From: Pelomyxa schiedti
Taxonomy: Eukaryota; Protista; Evosea
Length of the DNA: 64,000 nucleotides
Reading direction: 5' to 3'
NCBI GenBank assembly: GCA_020536535.1
Contig: JAHLWZ010000016.1
Coordinates: 62,001-126,000 of the forward strand
The notes beneath the pieces were generated by a model. It was not told the origin of the DNA, did no database searches, and was given only the letters and a program-made list of their open reading frames with translations. Positions 52,042 to 64,000 of the stretch are shown here, one piece after another. The first letter of the stretch is position 1; each line of letters opens with the position of its first letter. Both the position numbers and the translations under genes were made by a program.

Positions 52042-52924
52042 ATGGACGCTGTGAGAAACCGTGAGCCGCCACATTGGTCGTTCGCGTTTTATGTAGGTAA
52101 TGACGCTAGGCAGAAATCAGACTGATCCAGACCAACGACCCAGGGGTGACCGAGTGGGCGGCCCTCAATTCAGGTTGGCGGCTGGACAGCGCCGCCAACT
52201 TGGGTGGGTTGTTGGAGGGACTTAGGACGAACACCTGCCTGCAGGTTCTCAGGCTTTCTGAACTTGGACTTACCGATTCCGATGCCAAAGTACGCGGCCA
52301 GTATTTGTGTGAACTGTGTTGTTTTGGCTATTGGTTTTAAAGTCACTTATTCTGCCATTTTAAGATGATAGCAGAGGTTCTACCAGTGAACAGCACACTC
52401 AAAACACTTGACTTGTCACGAAACAGGATTGGAATGGAGGGTGCCATTGCAATTGCACAGGGGCTGCGGAACAACAATTGTGTGTCAATTTTCTTTCCCC
52501 TTTGTTGGGCTTGAAATAACTGAAACAAGCGATAAAGGAACTGGTTCTCCTAGATAATCCGCGCTATAGTGATGCCGTTCTTATGGCATACGCTGAAATG
52601 TTCGAGGATAATACAGCCCTCACCAAGATAACATGGCGGGTTGAGGTGTGTAGCTTCAAGATACAACACTGTGAAGTTAATAACATCAACAGAGTCGAGC
52701 AGCCACTAGAGTCACATCCATGGTTAGTTTTTGTCACTTTCTTTTCCTCTTTATTCATTGTGAGTTGTTTTTTTGGGTAGCTCTCTCGTAACAAAGAGAT
52801 TGAAAGAAGAATCAGGCAAGGGCAATCAACAGATAGCATTGACCCCAAAAAGAGACGCGAACGAGATGCGGCCCTCGCCTCAGCTTCACAAACAACAACA
52901 CCTTCCACATCATCCCAAAGTTAG
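52042..52924 (+). CDS. RNI-like leucine-rich repeat protein, tropomodulin-like
   Basis: IQTNDPGVTE, LRTNTCLQVLRLSELGLTDSDA, LPVNSTLKTLDLSRNRIGMEGAIAIAQGLRNN, FEDNTALTKI, LSRNKEIERR. Confidence 0.7.
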
Positions 52925-53068
52925 AAATATCACCCCAAATACAAGTTGTAGTGTTTGTGTTAAAAATTAACCTCTTGTTGGGTAGGTTGGAAAACACCAA
53001 TTTGGCACAACAGATTTGATGGCGATTGATCCTTCTTCTCCGAAATCCCTATTATCACTTAACAAACA

Positions 53069-56000
53069 ATGCAACAACCACAACCACACAAGGCACCAGA
53101 CCCGGCCACTACGACGGCTTTGACAGGTCGCCCACTTCCCTGCATTGCAACTGCGGCGGCGTCTACGGGCGGGAGCCGCGGCACGCCGACCTCTGCCAAC
53201 CCCATGCCGCAGAGAGCCGCACTTACCCAGCAATTGCTCCAACTGCAACAGCAATTGCAGGCCCAGCAACTGCAGCAGCGACGGCCACAACCTCCTTCGA
53301 GGCCTCCTGTGTCTCCCCCTCCTCCTCAGCAACAGCAACAGCAACATCAACAACAACAACAACAACTGCAACAACAAGGCGTCGAGCCAAGACGAAAGAC
53401 TGAACATATTAATGGGACACCCGTGTCACTGCCTTGCCCGGCGCCCTCTGCCGCCCCAGTTGTCGTCGGGAATATCGCAGAAGGGCAGAGACCGGGACAG
53501 GTAAATTGTAATGCCAATAGCAACTGCAACTCCAACTGCAATTGCGATGTAAATGTGAAAGGGGACGGTATAGGGAAGCAGAATGGGAAGAGTGTGGGAG
53601 GTGATGAGGATGATATGGTGGTAGTGCCAGGGTCATCATCGCCACACAGTAGTGGGGTGGGTATTGGAGTTGCAAAGGTGAGGGAGAATGATGTGGAAGG
53701 GGGGGAGGCTGTTGTGGTGGATGATGATAAGATTGTGGTTGTAACGCCAAAGAAAGCAGCGTGGAAAGTCTTGGTTTCAATTCCAAATGCTATCATTAAG
53801 CAAAAGCTAGTGGCTTTTTTCCTTTTTTTTTTTGGGGGGGGGGGGGGACCTGATATGATCAGTGATCTTATTTGCTCTTTCTTTCAGTGGAAATATAGAC
53901 AAACCTGGGGAGTTGCTTGTTTGTACTGATGTGCATACTTCCCCCATTTTACTTGAAAATTCTTACTCTGCCCTAAGACAGCTGTGCAAGAGCCCCTGAA
54001 AATCGTTTGGAAACCATCAAAAAAGGTTTGTAATACCTAAAAGATAAACAGTCTCACTTGCAGCAGGAATGTGATGAATTTGTGGACCTTGGAACCAACA
54101 CTCTTGTCGAATCCAAGTGCCGCTTTTTGGCAGATGAATCCTCTCCAGAAATTGAATACAATCTCATTGACATCCACTCCATTGCTCGGTAAAGCCTAAT
54201 TCAAAAATGCAGGTAAAAAAAAAAGTAATATGCTTACATTTAGGCATCAGGGATACACTGGTCATGAGCCCCCTTTCATTCAACTTACCCTGAAGGACAA
54301 ATCTTCCTCCCCAAAATTCTATCTCATTGGTGGTGGTGTCCGTGCACTGATAGCAGAATTGATGGCTCATGTAACTCTAACTAGGTAAACCACACTAGGG
54401 GATTGCAATAACTGTTTATAAGATCTGAGGTTGATCATAATGTACTGCTTGTGAACAACAAATCCGATCCTTGGGTGAAAAGTCATGAGCAATTGATACT
54501 CTCTGCACAACAACTTTCCCTTGAAGCTTCATATCTTCTTTTACCACCAACAGTCAAGAAAGACATGGGCTATCAGTCAGTTGTGTAAATTTATTTTGCC
54601 CTTCTCTTACCAGAGTACGTAGTATTTTAAAGTTTTTGAAAACTTCAGTGCCACCCTTTTTTCCAGAAGGAGTATGACCCAAAAATGTTTTTTTTTTCCC
54701 AACAAGAATTTTCTAGAATCTGAGGACACTCCTGCACCTTTACCAAAAGAAGTTGAACCTGCATCTACCTCTCCGCATGACCTTTATCAATTTGAAATTA
54801 TTGAAAGCTATTCACCTTCTGTTGAGAGACAACAAACACTTCCCCCCATTTCCCCTTCTGAGTGTATTGATACAAGTCCCATTGTATGATAAATGGACTT
54901 TGGTTTTGCACCTAAGGTTGTTTTAAGGTCCCTCAAGACCCATCCTCTCCTTTGACTTCCAAAGAGTGGCGTCAATATTTGGAATCTTGTGGGCAAATAC
55001 AAGAAAAACCCAAACAAGAGCTGTTATCTAAGATTTTCCACCGCGTTTGTGTGATTCTCCATTCTTTTCCCTTGATAACTTTCTTTGAAGGGAGTTGACC
55101 CAACCATCAGAAAAGAGGTCTGGAAATACTTGCTGGGATATTACCCGTGGGAGATGAATAAGAGTGAACTTTCATCAATGATAGACAGTAAAAGGTTTTG
55201 ACTCTGTTCTCAAACCCACTAAAATTCCCACAGAACAGAATACAACGCCCTGAAAACACAATGGACCAGTATCAGTCATGATCAGGAGAGAAGATGGACA
55301 AAATACCGACTTCGGAAACAGCAAGTAGAAAAAGATGCAGTACGTACAGATAGGACACATCCCTTCTTTGCAGGTGCCTCTCTATCTCTTACCTCCACCT
55401 CTCTCAATAAAATCTAGGAGAAGGAAATCCACACATTAAAACTCTGTTTGATATTTTGTTGACCTACACATGCTTTAACATGGATCTTGGTACACTTTGT
55501 TTCACCCTTTTTTTATTTTTATTCAAAAGCTGTGTAGGGTACATGCAAGGAATGAATGACATTTGTGGAGTAATTTTTGAAGTGTGTTCTTGCTCCTCCT
55601 TAGTACACATCTAAGTGTATCCAGGTGATGGAGGGAGATGAAGTAGATACTTTTTGGTGCTTCAAGTCGATAATGGATAAAATGGTGATACTTGCACGTT
55701 GCAAGTTGAAGTTTTGATTTATGTAGGAAATGAACTTCCACAAAGAGCAACCAGGAATCCGTGAACAAATAACAGCACTCAAAGATCTACTCCAAGTGTT
55801 GGATCCACCATTTTATTCTTACTTGAGTTTTTCCTTCATCTTTCTAACGAGGGCTAACACATCTGTTTAGAATCGGTAGATGCTGACAATATGTTTTTTT
55901 GTTATCGCTGGCTAGTTATCATATTTAAGGTCTGACTGCATTCTGTTTGTAAGGAGAAAATTCTTATTCTATTCAGCGGGAATTTGAATTTGATGTAATC

Positions 56001-56385
56001 AAGCGATTGTGGGAGTCAATATGGTCCCACTCTTCCCCTAGCTTTCATTTATTTATTGCTCTTGCAATCTTGCTCCAACACCGTAATAAAATAATCAATG
56101 GAAAGGTAACTTCCTTTCCATGTTGCCAAAGCCCTCACTAGTTTTTCTAGTTTGACTTTGATAGTATCATTCAAGTTGCTCTACCATTTACACAAGCACT
56201 TCTCATTAACCAAACCACAGTTTATCAACAACTTGTCAGGGACTATTCCAGTTTTACCACTGATTGAGCAAGCAGACAGACTTTTCACTGAATACATCAA
56301 CTCTGGAGTTACAGTACAGAGGGACTATATTTTGGGCGTTCCGGAACTATATGCTAAACCCCCACACATGATGTTGAAATATTGA
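53069..56385 (+). CDS. TBC-domain Rab GTPase-activating protein (TBC1D15/Gyp7-like)
   Basis: GVDPTIRKEVWKYLLGYYPW, R-finger VEKDAVRTDR, LLTYTCFNMDLGYMQGMNDI (Q-finger), MFFCYRWLVIIFKREF, RLWESIW; polyQ N-terminus. Confidence 0.9.
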
Positions 56386-56433
56386 TGGCATGTAAATAGT
56401 TGTTTGAAAAAATTTGAGTCTATTCTTATTCTT

Positions 56434-57361
56434 TCACACTTGTGGGTCCCCAACAAACAGATACACCACAATGGCTACCACATAAAAGCCGAGCCTGGAG
56501 ACGTAAGTTTTAATCTTGCAGGGTAGGCCTTACCCTGTAACCAAGGCTGCCATTTCCACGTTGAACATCCAAGTCTTCCAGTTCCTATACTCCAGAACTT
56601 CTGCGAGGTAATTGTGGGGGTCTGTTTCTACACCAGAAAATTGTGTGACCCATCTAATCTGGAAAGAACTGCAAATGATTAAGAACAAAATCCAGTCGTT
56701 GTTATCTTACCTGAGCATTGTGAGTGTCAGAGACAACAACGTCAGGGTGAGGCCCACAGCAAGTGAAATACGAGAAACGGCATTACTTGCTGCAGAGGAT
56801 GAGTGGTGGGCGTTCTTAGCTTAACCCAACCTGCAATCTTTGGGCCAGAAAAGCCAGTTATTGTGAGAGACAAGGCTGCAATTCTGCAAATGGTTTCCAG
56901 GAGGAAAGTGAATAAAACCACAGACTTATGTGAAAGGGCTTAATACGAGAGAATTTGTTGTGAACGGGTCTGCAGAACTACGAACTGTCTGGATATTAAA
57001 TCCTGAATATCTGCCAGATAAAAATAGCAAACATATTACATAGGGTTACACAGAAAAGAAGCAAATATCCCTGTAAGATCAAGAACATACCAGCCATTTT
57101 TATTCTCAAGTCTATCAACTCTTTGGCCTCATCTATGCAATTCATCGGCGCCGCGGAGCTGGATCTCGAGCCACACAACCAATGCCAACGACAGAAACCG
57201 CGTATGGAGCCGCATCTTCCCAGAGGGGAGGCACGCGACGTAACCAACGACGCCGTTGGTGTCGTAGGTGGCGTAACTCCTACACTCACTGTGGTTGCGG
57301 TGGTCATTGTCGCAGATCCGGTGCTCTCCAACGTGTCCAGCTCACGGTCAGACCCGCTCAT
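56434..57361 (-). CDS. Small 3-TM membrane protein of unknown function, bacterial-like
   Basis: Five GT-AG introns give ...ISRQFVVLQTRSQQILSIAALSLTITGFSGPKIAASNAVSRISLAVGLTLTLLSLTLTMLSSFQIRWVTQF..LAEVLEYRNWKTWMFNVEMAALVTGLGFYVVAIVVYLFVGDPQV*. Confidence 0.75.
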
Positions 57362-57525
57362 CCCGCAATCGTTTTCTTTCTTTTTGATGTTTTCTCCTAA
57401 CCGGTGTGCTGAACGATCACGGGAGCCACCAATTTGGTGAATTAGCGAAATTGTGCGAAGATCTTGCATTGTTTCAGTCCCCAAAGGCCCAAAAACGCAA
57501 ACACCTTTTGGCAGACGCAATAAAG

Positions 57526-59072
57526 ATGCAATGTGTGGCCGGCATGGTGGTGCCGGCGTTTGGTGGTCATGGTGGTAGATCTCGATCTGTCGTATTGTAT
57601 GTCGCTGCTGTATTGCTACTCTCTGCGTGCCATTTTGTGCCAGTCAGATCTGCTATGCCAACCTCGTTGGGACTGAGGGATGCCGACTCGCTGCCGTCCT
57701 CGTCGTCAGCGTCTTTGTCGTCGTCATTCCCATCGTCGCCGTCTTCATCCTCCACGTCGTCTGGATCTTATTGTTGTAGCGTGGATTGGGACAATGTAGA
57801 AGTGGCAGCAACAGGGGGCACGCTTTATGGTTTGATGCTAGTGGCTTGTGTGGTTTCATTTGTGATGCTGGCAGTAAGATATGGCCGAGTCTATTTTAAC
57901 GCAGCTAATGGAATTCACCTTTTTATGGCATTGCATTGCATATGTACTCCCCGTTTTTCCCTTCCCCGGTTTTTAGATAGTTGGGTTGTGACCGTTCGTC
58001 TTAGTTAGAGTTGTATGGTTCACATTCCACGCACTACAGCCTGCTGAATCCAACTTCACCTATTTTCTTGATCGATTTGGATTCTCATTTTTCTTTACAA
58101 CCTACACCCTCTTGATAATATTTTGGTTTTTACTGCCTTCATCATTATCCTTTTCCTTATACTTGTACTCGATGCAGGGCAGAAAACTATTACTTGATTT
58201 TCTTCGAATCCCCGAACTTCCTCTCATACCTAAGAATATTTATTTTGGCTCTCAATATTATTGGCTACGCTCTGAGTGTCTTGACAATTGTAATGAAGGT
58301 TACAGTTTTAGAAGATGAGGTAATTCTCCAATATATTTGTACAAGGTGCATAACAAACGTCCACCCACAGGGAAACTACTTTTCCGAATCTCCCCTGGCA
58401 CAAGCAGCTTGTTTGTTTCTTTTCTCTAATTTGTTATAATGCTATGCAGTATCATTGGTTTCCATATTTGTTCTGTGCGTCGGGGTTAGACTCTATCTCC
58501 GACAAAAAAAAAGTGTGTGGTACGAACCTGCAAGAGCATTAGAAATAAGAAAAGTACCTTCCTTGTTACATCCACTTCTAAGCATTACAAGGTTGTTGTG
58601 GCTACAGCCATATTTACCGTGTGCTTTGCTGTAAGAGTTCTTGTACTGCTCACTACCTTCACCAAATTGATTTGGTTACCTTCAATGGCATACTACTTAA
58701 CAGACTACTGGATACCGGAACTCATTCCATCTGGAACCCAAAGTTCGCTTCACTCACCAATTACCTGCATTTCTGATCTTCCCACCCCAAAAAGTATTCA
58801 TCCTTCAGAGCAGTAGAAATCAGGAGGCTGCCGATGATGAGTTCGTAGCCCGGCTTTGGGGAGCCAAGTCCTTTTTCTACGACAATCCATCAACAAACAC
58901 ACACGGAAACCGGGGCGCACACCGCCTGTTGTATTCATCCGTCCCATCCAAAAGTGCAAGTATCACTGACACCACAAGCAGCTCAGGGAGTCTCAGTGAA
59001 GAAACCGGCAGTGGATTTTGGACCAGTGGTGGCTCTAAAAAGGCCAAAACCGCTTCCAACAGCCTTTTGTAA
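57526..59072 (+). CDS. Multi-pass membrane protein, TOM1/THH1/GPR137-like
   Basis: N-terminal hydrophobic segment, Ser-rich linker, ~7 TM segments incl. FFTTYTLLIIFW, KVVVATAIFTVCFAVRV, YYLTDYWIPELIPS; tail ending ..SNSLL. Confidence 0.6.
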
Positions 59073-59162
59073 AAACATAGAACAAAAATAACCCAAAAAG
59101 CAACCAGCAAAAAACAAACCCTTGTAATTAAGAAAAAGAGGGTTGTTATTGCTTTACTTTCT

Positions 59163-62100
59163 TCACATGCTGTTCTCCAGGATTTTTTTCACGCTGGGAA
59201 GCTGAGGAGGGGGAGGCTGAGGTTGAGGTTGAGGGGTGGTCTTGGCTCTGATGGGCATTGGCACATGGATTGGGTTTTGAGGCAACTGCTGAAAAGACTG
59301 CTCGTCATCGAATTGCTGGTCACCTTGTTGGAACTGATCATCATCAGAGTCCTCAGAGTCCTGGTCACTCTCGTCGCCACCGTCGTAGTTATCACCAGCA
59401 GAAGCATAGTCCCCAGGGTATTGTTGCTGTTGCTGCTGTTGTATCATATGCGTTTGTGGCTGTTGTGTGTGCATTTGTGTGTGTTGGCTGTGGGTACGCT
59501 GGTGTGGGTGTGTGTACTGCTGATACTGTTGTTGTTGCTGATCCAGTGTGGGTGGGTGGAAAGTCCGCTGCTGTTGCTGTTGTTGTACATCTTCTGATTG
59601 CCTGAGAGGCATTCTGGGGTGCAGAACCCGTACTTGCTGTATTTGCTGCTGCGGCAGCGGTTGTGGTGGTGTGGGGATGTACATCTGTGGTTGAGCAAGT
59701 ATTTGTTGTTGATGCAGCATTTGAGGAGGTAGGAGGGATTGTGGTTGGTATTGGGGCCAGTATTGCTGCTCGGGGTTGATTGCTGCACTGTGTGAGGAGG
59801 GTGATTGTATCTGTTGTGCTTGGTGGACAGGGGAAGGGTGATGAAGAATACTGTTGGGCATAGGTTGTTCATGTGACTGTGGGGTGTGTTCCCTTTTGTG
59901 TGGTTGAGAGCGCTCCCTTCGTTGCGGTGGCTCCATTTGTTGAGGTTGTTCCCTTTTACCTGATTCTTGTGGATGAGGTTGAACTGAAGTGGAAACTCTT
60001 GGAGGCGTTGGAGTGGGTGCTGTGAACTCTGAAAAAATAGTGTCTATGGCGGACTTGACGTGGCTATAAATATGGTCATCCTATCACATGGATTAAAGAA
60101 AAACATGGGGAAGTTGATGTGAGTACTTGATGTGACCACTTAATTTCAAGTATTCTTGAGGGAGCATTTAGTACAAGAGTAAGTGACTTGAGTTCTATTA
60201 AATTCCCCTTGGCTACAGTTGTTGGATAAATCCTTATGGGAATCACTAATTAAACCACGAACAATGTGGTGAACCTTTGGAGTTGTTGTAGTATCTGTTG
60301 ATTCAAGGCGTTGATGTCAGCATAAGAAGGTATTTTTCTTTTCATTGTATAGTGAAGATGGTGTCGAGGAAGATGAAGCTCATTAGAGGCTTCCTTTGGT
60401 GTGAGAAATTGAACAACCTGAAGGAAATTAGCTTACTTCTGAAGTATTACCAACCAACCTGGTTCTTGCATACAACAACCCCGTGCAGTGGGGCTTTGTT
60501 TGGCAGCTTTCGAGGGCGTTTTGGAGGCCGTAGACTGGGTACGTCTTGAGGTAGTGTAAATAGACTGGAGTGGACTATCTTGGGGCCAGCATCTTTGAGA
60601 AGCGAAGATGATAATGTTGCTGGTATCACATCTGCGGGATGAATGGTGACTTGGCCTTGATTTGGAGGAAAATGGCATGGTATCTTAAACTCTTTCTCAA
60701 CTTTATGTTTCATATACTCCCTAAGCAGAGGTGAGTGTGATCAAGCCAAGGGAGTGAAAACATTTTTTCTGCTTCCCCATGTACAAGGAGAACATTGCGG
60801 GGTTGTGCCATTTTAATAAGTTGGGCAATCCCTTTGGCATCTGCATGTGCACTGAAGGAAAGTGAAATCACCTTGCATTTGACATCAATAACTTTCCCGT
60901 CAACTTCAACCTAATAAATCGTTTGGATTAAGATTCCAGTGTACAGTAAAAAATAAAAAAACTAAGTAGTGTAAAAAATACACACATGTTTGGCTCCAGA
61001 AGGATATATTTTATTTCCCACTGTTCCAGGACTACAGTAACCAGGAAGAATAACTAAGTTTTGCTCAAAGGGAGCCCATTTCTTAAAGACCTCAAGTGAC
61101 ATGCCTAGAAAATATGTTTACAATGGCTGGGAATTACCAATACCTCCGTGAAGCATTCCAGGGGAGGCCAAGAGAACCATGGGATGGGGTAGGTCTGCTA
61201 CTTGGCGGTCGAAAGGTTCCACATGCCGAAAATCAAACAGATTCCTGGTATATTTTGTGGGCTGCAAGATGTGAATACACGGACCTTTTGTGGTATGTAT
61301 CTTTTATTTTTTGGTTCGTCCAGTTGATAAAAAGAGTATAAACTTCATTGGCTCTTTGAACAAGACCTGATTCATGGGTGAGGTTAATTTCCTTGATAAA
61401 CCAAGACAACTAACCAGTTGTAAAATAAATTGGAACGCGTAGGTTCATTCTTTCCCAGTACATGTCCAACAAAATCAAAAGTTCTTGAGCACGTCCAAGT
61501 GCAAAAACTGGTATCAAAACCTATTTCAACTGGGGAGGTGTGGGCTTTTTTCTGGTTGGCAATTCCACACCTTCCCGCCGTTATCAATGCAATCGTGGAC
61601 ACGTTGTAAGAAATCGCATTCTCTTGCCCTTCGGGAGTCTCTTATCGTTGTACAGTATGTTGATTCAGTTATGAGCAAATCTGGTCTAACAGTGGAAACA
61701 AATGCAGCTCCAAGATGCCTGTCTGGAGTCATGTTATAATCTCCTGTGTATATAACACTTTCATTTCCCACCCGCACTTCCCACAGTGCTGCTCCTAGAA
61801 CCTGTAATGGATGTCATGGTTGTACTTTGATTGCTGTGAGGACTTACATGACCAGCATACCATGCACGAACTTGGATGCCATCTCCAACAGTAATTGATT
61901 CACGGACATTGATTGTTGTTACTATTTTTTTTTTTAACAAATGCCTCAGTGTTATGGATCCTTCTCAATGTCAAAGATACCCTTTCCCAGGCTGTCAGTA
62001 ATGTTTTTGGGAGTGAAAAAGTTCTGTATTCCTCTCCGTTCAACAGACACTCTTCTATAATCCTCCAAAAGAAATGGGATGATTGCCCTTGTTGGATACT

Positions 62101-62572
62101 TGTAGTTGTTAGAAAAAGAAAATCCAAGGAGAAAAGATAGGAGGGATACAGTCATCAAAATTGGGCCTTTATATCTAAACCTGTTAAAAAAAAAAAAACC
62201 CAAAAAGAAGTGGGTGTACCCTTTTTGTTCTGTGAAATGTGGCAGAGCTCCACAGTGATCCAAATGGCTGCATAAACGTCAGCAAAGAAGTATTGCAAAG
62301 AAGGCTACAAATGGGATATTATCAAGCACTGTACGTGGTCTGTGTAAGGCCCAGTAGGAGCAATGCTGGTAAAATTAGGAAACCTGAAAAACAACCATAC
62401 CAAATAGTTTGTTAGAAATTTGAAAAAAAAAAAAAGTGGTTCACCTGCGCTCGTCGTCAAATCCCATGTGCATCCCACAATCAAAAAGTATATTACGTCC
62501 GCCTATTGTTACCCACACACAACTACCCCCTACATCCTGTCCAGCACCCAGCGGCCGCACAACAATCGGCAT
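59163..62572 (-). CDS. INTS11: Integrator subunit 11 / CPSF3-like metallo-beta-lactamase beta-CASP nuclease with Q-rich tail
   Basis: [101 protein letters not shown]. Confidence 0.92.
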
Positions 62573-63676
62573 TTTGATGACGATAAAACACCTCTTGTAG
62601 ATTTCAAATCTGGCGTGGCTACGCGGTTATGGGAGTAAGAGCAGCACGAAGTTTTGCTTCGGCGGTTGTGGATGTTGACAACTACGAGCCATTGTTGCTG
62701 TAAATTGGGGGACACGAGGTTGGAAATGTGAATGTTGGAAATAGCTGTTGGTGGATTCGTTTTGTTTTGTTACTACTGTTGCAGTAGAATGATTACATAT
62801 GTGGAATAAACTGCCCCTTTGACTCATTTCCACCATCCTTGGAGTGGCTCCGGAATGAATGCAGCTATAATTCCTTACTGTGGGAGAGGTGGCCACACCT
62901 TTACCATGCACATAGATACCATACCACATAGATATAGTACCTGTGTTTCTCGCAATAATTTGGGCTCAGACACACCCAACACCTAGTTGCTGATTATTTG
63001 TGGCCTGACAAAATGTTCAAGGCCACATTTCATTGGCAGCTTGGTATTTTCCAGTTTGAACTTATGCACTTCTTGCTTGCATAGTTTGTCAACAACAAAC
63101 TAACAAACAAAAATTCCCAGGTTTCTTCTTCTCTGACTGAGAATATCATCAAGCAACTACCACAACTACTACAAGAGAGTGCTGGGCTGGGGTTTGTGAT
63201 TTATCTAACGACAAGAAGTTTCAGAACCACATAACCGTAACCAAGCACACACCTGTTCATACCAATAACGCTCTGAGTCTGGCATTGTGAAATTATGCTT
63301 CCTCAGGTTCTTTCTGTGCTTCACAAACATGGGTTAGGGTTAGGGAGAACCCTCACGAAAACACCAAGAACAGACAGTCCTCATTTCATATTTCTGAAGA
63401 AAAGAGAAAAACAAGGCTAAACAAAAGAATTTTTATTTGTTTTCTGTTTGTCCTGTAGTGAGAAGCATCAGAAAAGAAGCTGAATATTGGGAAGAGTGAA
63501 GAGTCCCAGGAAAGCCCAATAGAAAGATCTTTGCTGTAGCTGAGAACTCCGTGTGAGAAGAAGAGAACACACAAGCCATCTCCAGACAATTCAACCGAAT
63601 TCCTCCAGTGTGTGATCAGATCTACCGAGAACCTGGCCGAAAGGAAAAAGAAGGACAACAACGTGTGGGTGCAGAG

Positions 63677-64000
63677 ATGGACTTGGAGTCGCAGACACCG
63701 GCGGGAACATGGCAGCGTATGTCCGACAAGTACTACAGGTAAACTCAAAAAGAAAAAAAAAAACACGTTATAGTTGGGGGGTCTATGAAGATCTCCAGCG
63801 TTTGGTGGCTTGGTGTTGGTAACACTTAGATTTACGGTAGACGCCATCGTGTGTATGAAATGATGTGGAAAAATGTTGACTTGGAGAAGTATGTCTTGGC
63901 TGCATCACCTTACGGTGGCCCCATTGGTATGTGGCCACTTTCTTTTTTGTATGATACGGCACTTGGCCAATTTTGGGGGGGTTTTTTTCTTATTTGTTTT
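63677..64000 (+). CDS. VPS16: Vacuolar protein sorting 16 (HOPS/CORVET), 5' portion only
   Basis: Spliced MDLESQTPAGTWQRMSDKYYRRHRVYEMMWKNVDLEKYVLAASPYGGPI matches the Vps16 N-terminus (W..YR...Y.M.W..AAPYGGPIA); absent from the ORF track. Confidence 0.85.

Noticed and set aside
52925-53068. LRR-TBC gene fusion
   Set aside because: The LRR frame ends at TAG 52922-52924 and an in-frame TAA precedes the TBC ATG, which has a typical A-rich start context.
63331-63345. GGGTTAGGGTTAGGG telomere-like sequence
   Set aside because: Only 2.5 units, internal, with genes on both sides; compatible with chance.
62600-63670. ORFs in the INTS11-VPS16 divergent spacer
   Set aside because: No motif or coherent exon chain found; the VPS16 frame is closed upstream by TGA.

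Overview
This is eukaryotic, not prokaryotic, DNA: a compact, very intron-dense protist segment with about 26 protein-coding genes, most broken by many short (~35-60 nt) GT-AG introns, which is why the ORF track is so fragmented. The mix of a flagellar IFT-A gene, amoebozoan/fungal-type signalling genes, an intronless lineage-specific family and amplification-type inversion chimeras at an N-gap suggests a single-cell assembly of a flagellated amoebozoan, possibly Pelomyxa-like (inference, not verified). Genes reconstructed by hand splicing, in order: TTC21B/IFT139 (5'-partial), Sec7-PH ARF-GEF with an RD repeat, carbonyl-reductase-type SDR, a pseudogene plus an intact intronless paralog, ATF6-like membrane bZIP, PRELI-domain protein, RSL1D1, aspartate aminotransferase, MSH6, TMC-like channel, Cys-rich type-I membrane protein, BUB3, Gap1/Sar1-type RasGAP, velvet/Rel-like + IPT transcription factor candidate, MIT protein, GtaA-family glutaminase, pseudo-RasGAP, A_thal_3526-domain protein, ZnF-UBP-HDAC, tropomodulin-like LRR, TBC RabGAP, a bacterial-looking 3-TM protein, TOM1/GPR137-like 7TM protein, INTS11 and VPS16 (3'-partial). 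No rRNA, tRNA, CRISPR or transposase was recognised. Most notable: an NF-kB-like DBD+IPT architecture, an ATF6-like sensor, a required 2-nt microexon, CpG-island-like gene starts with CpG-depleted gene bodies, and an intron-containing bacterial-like membrane protein that the ORF track largely misses. All family assignments come from recalled motifs, not database searches.
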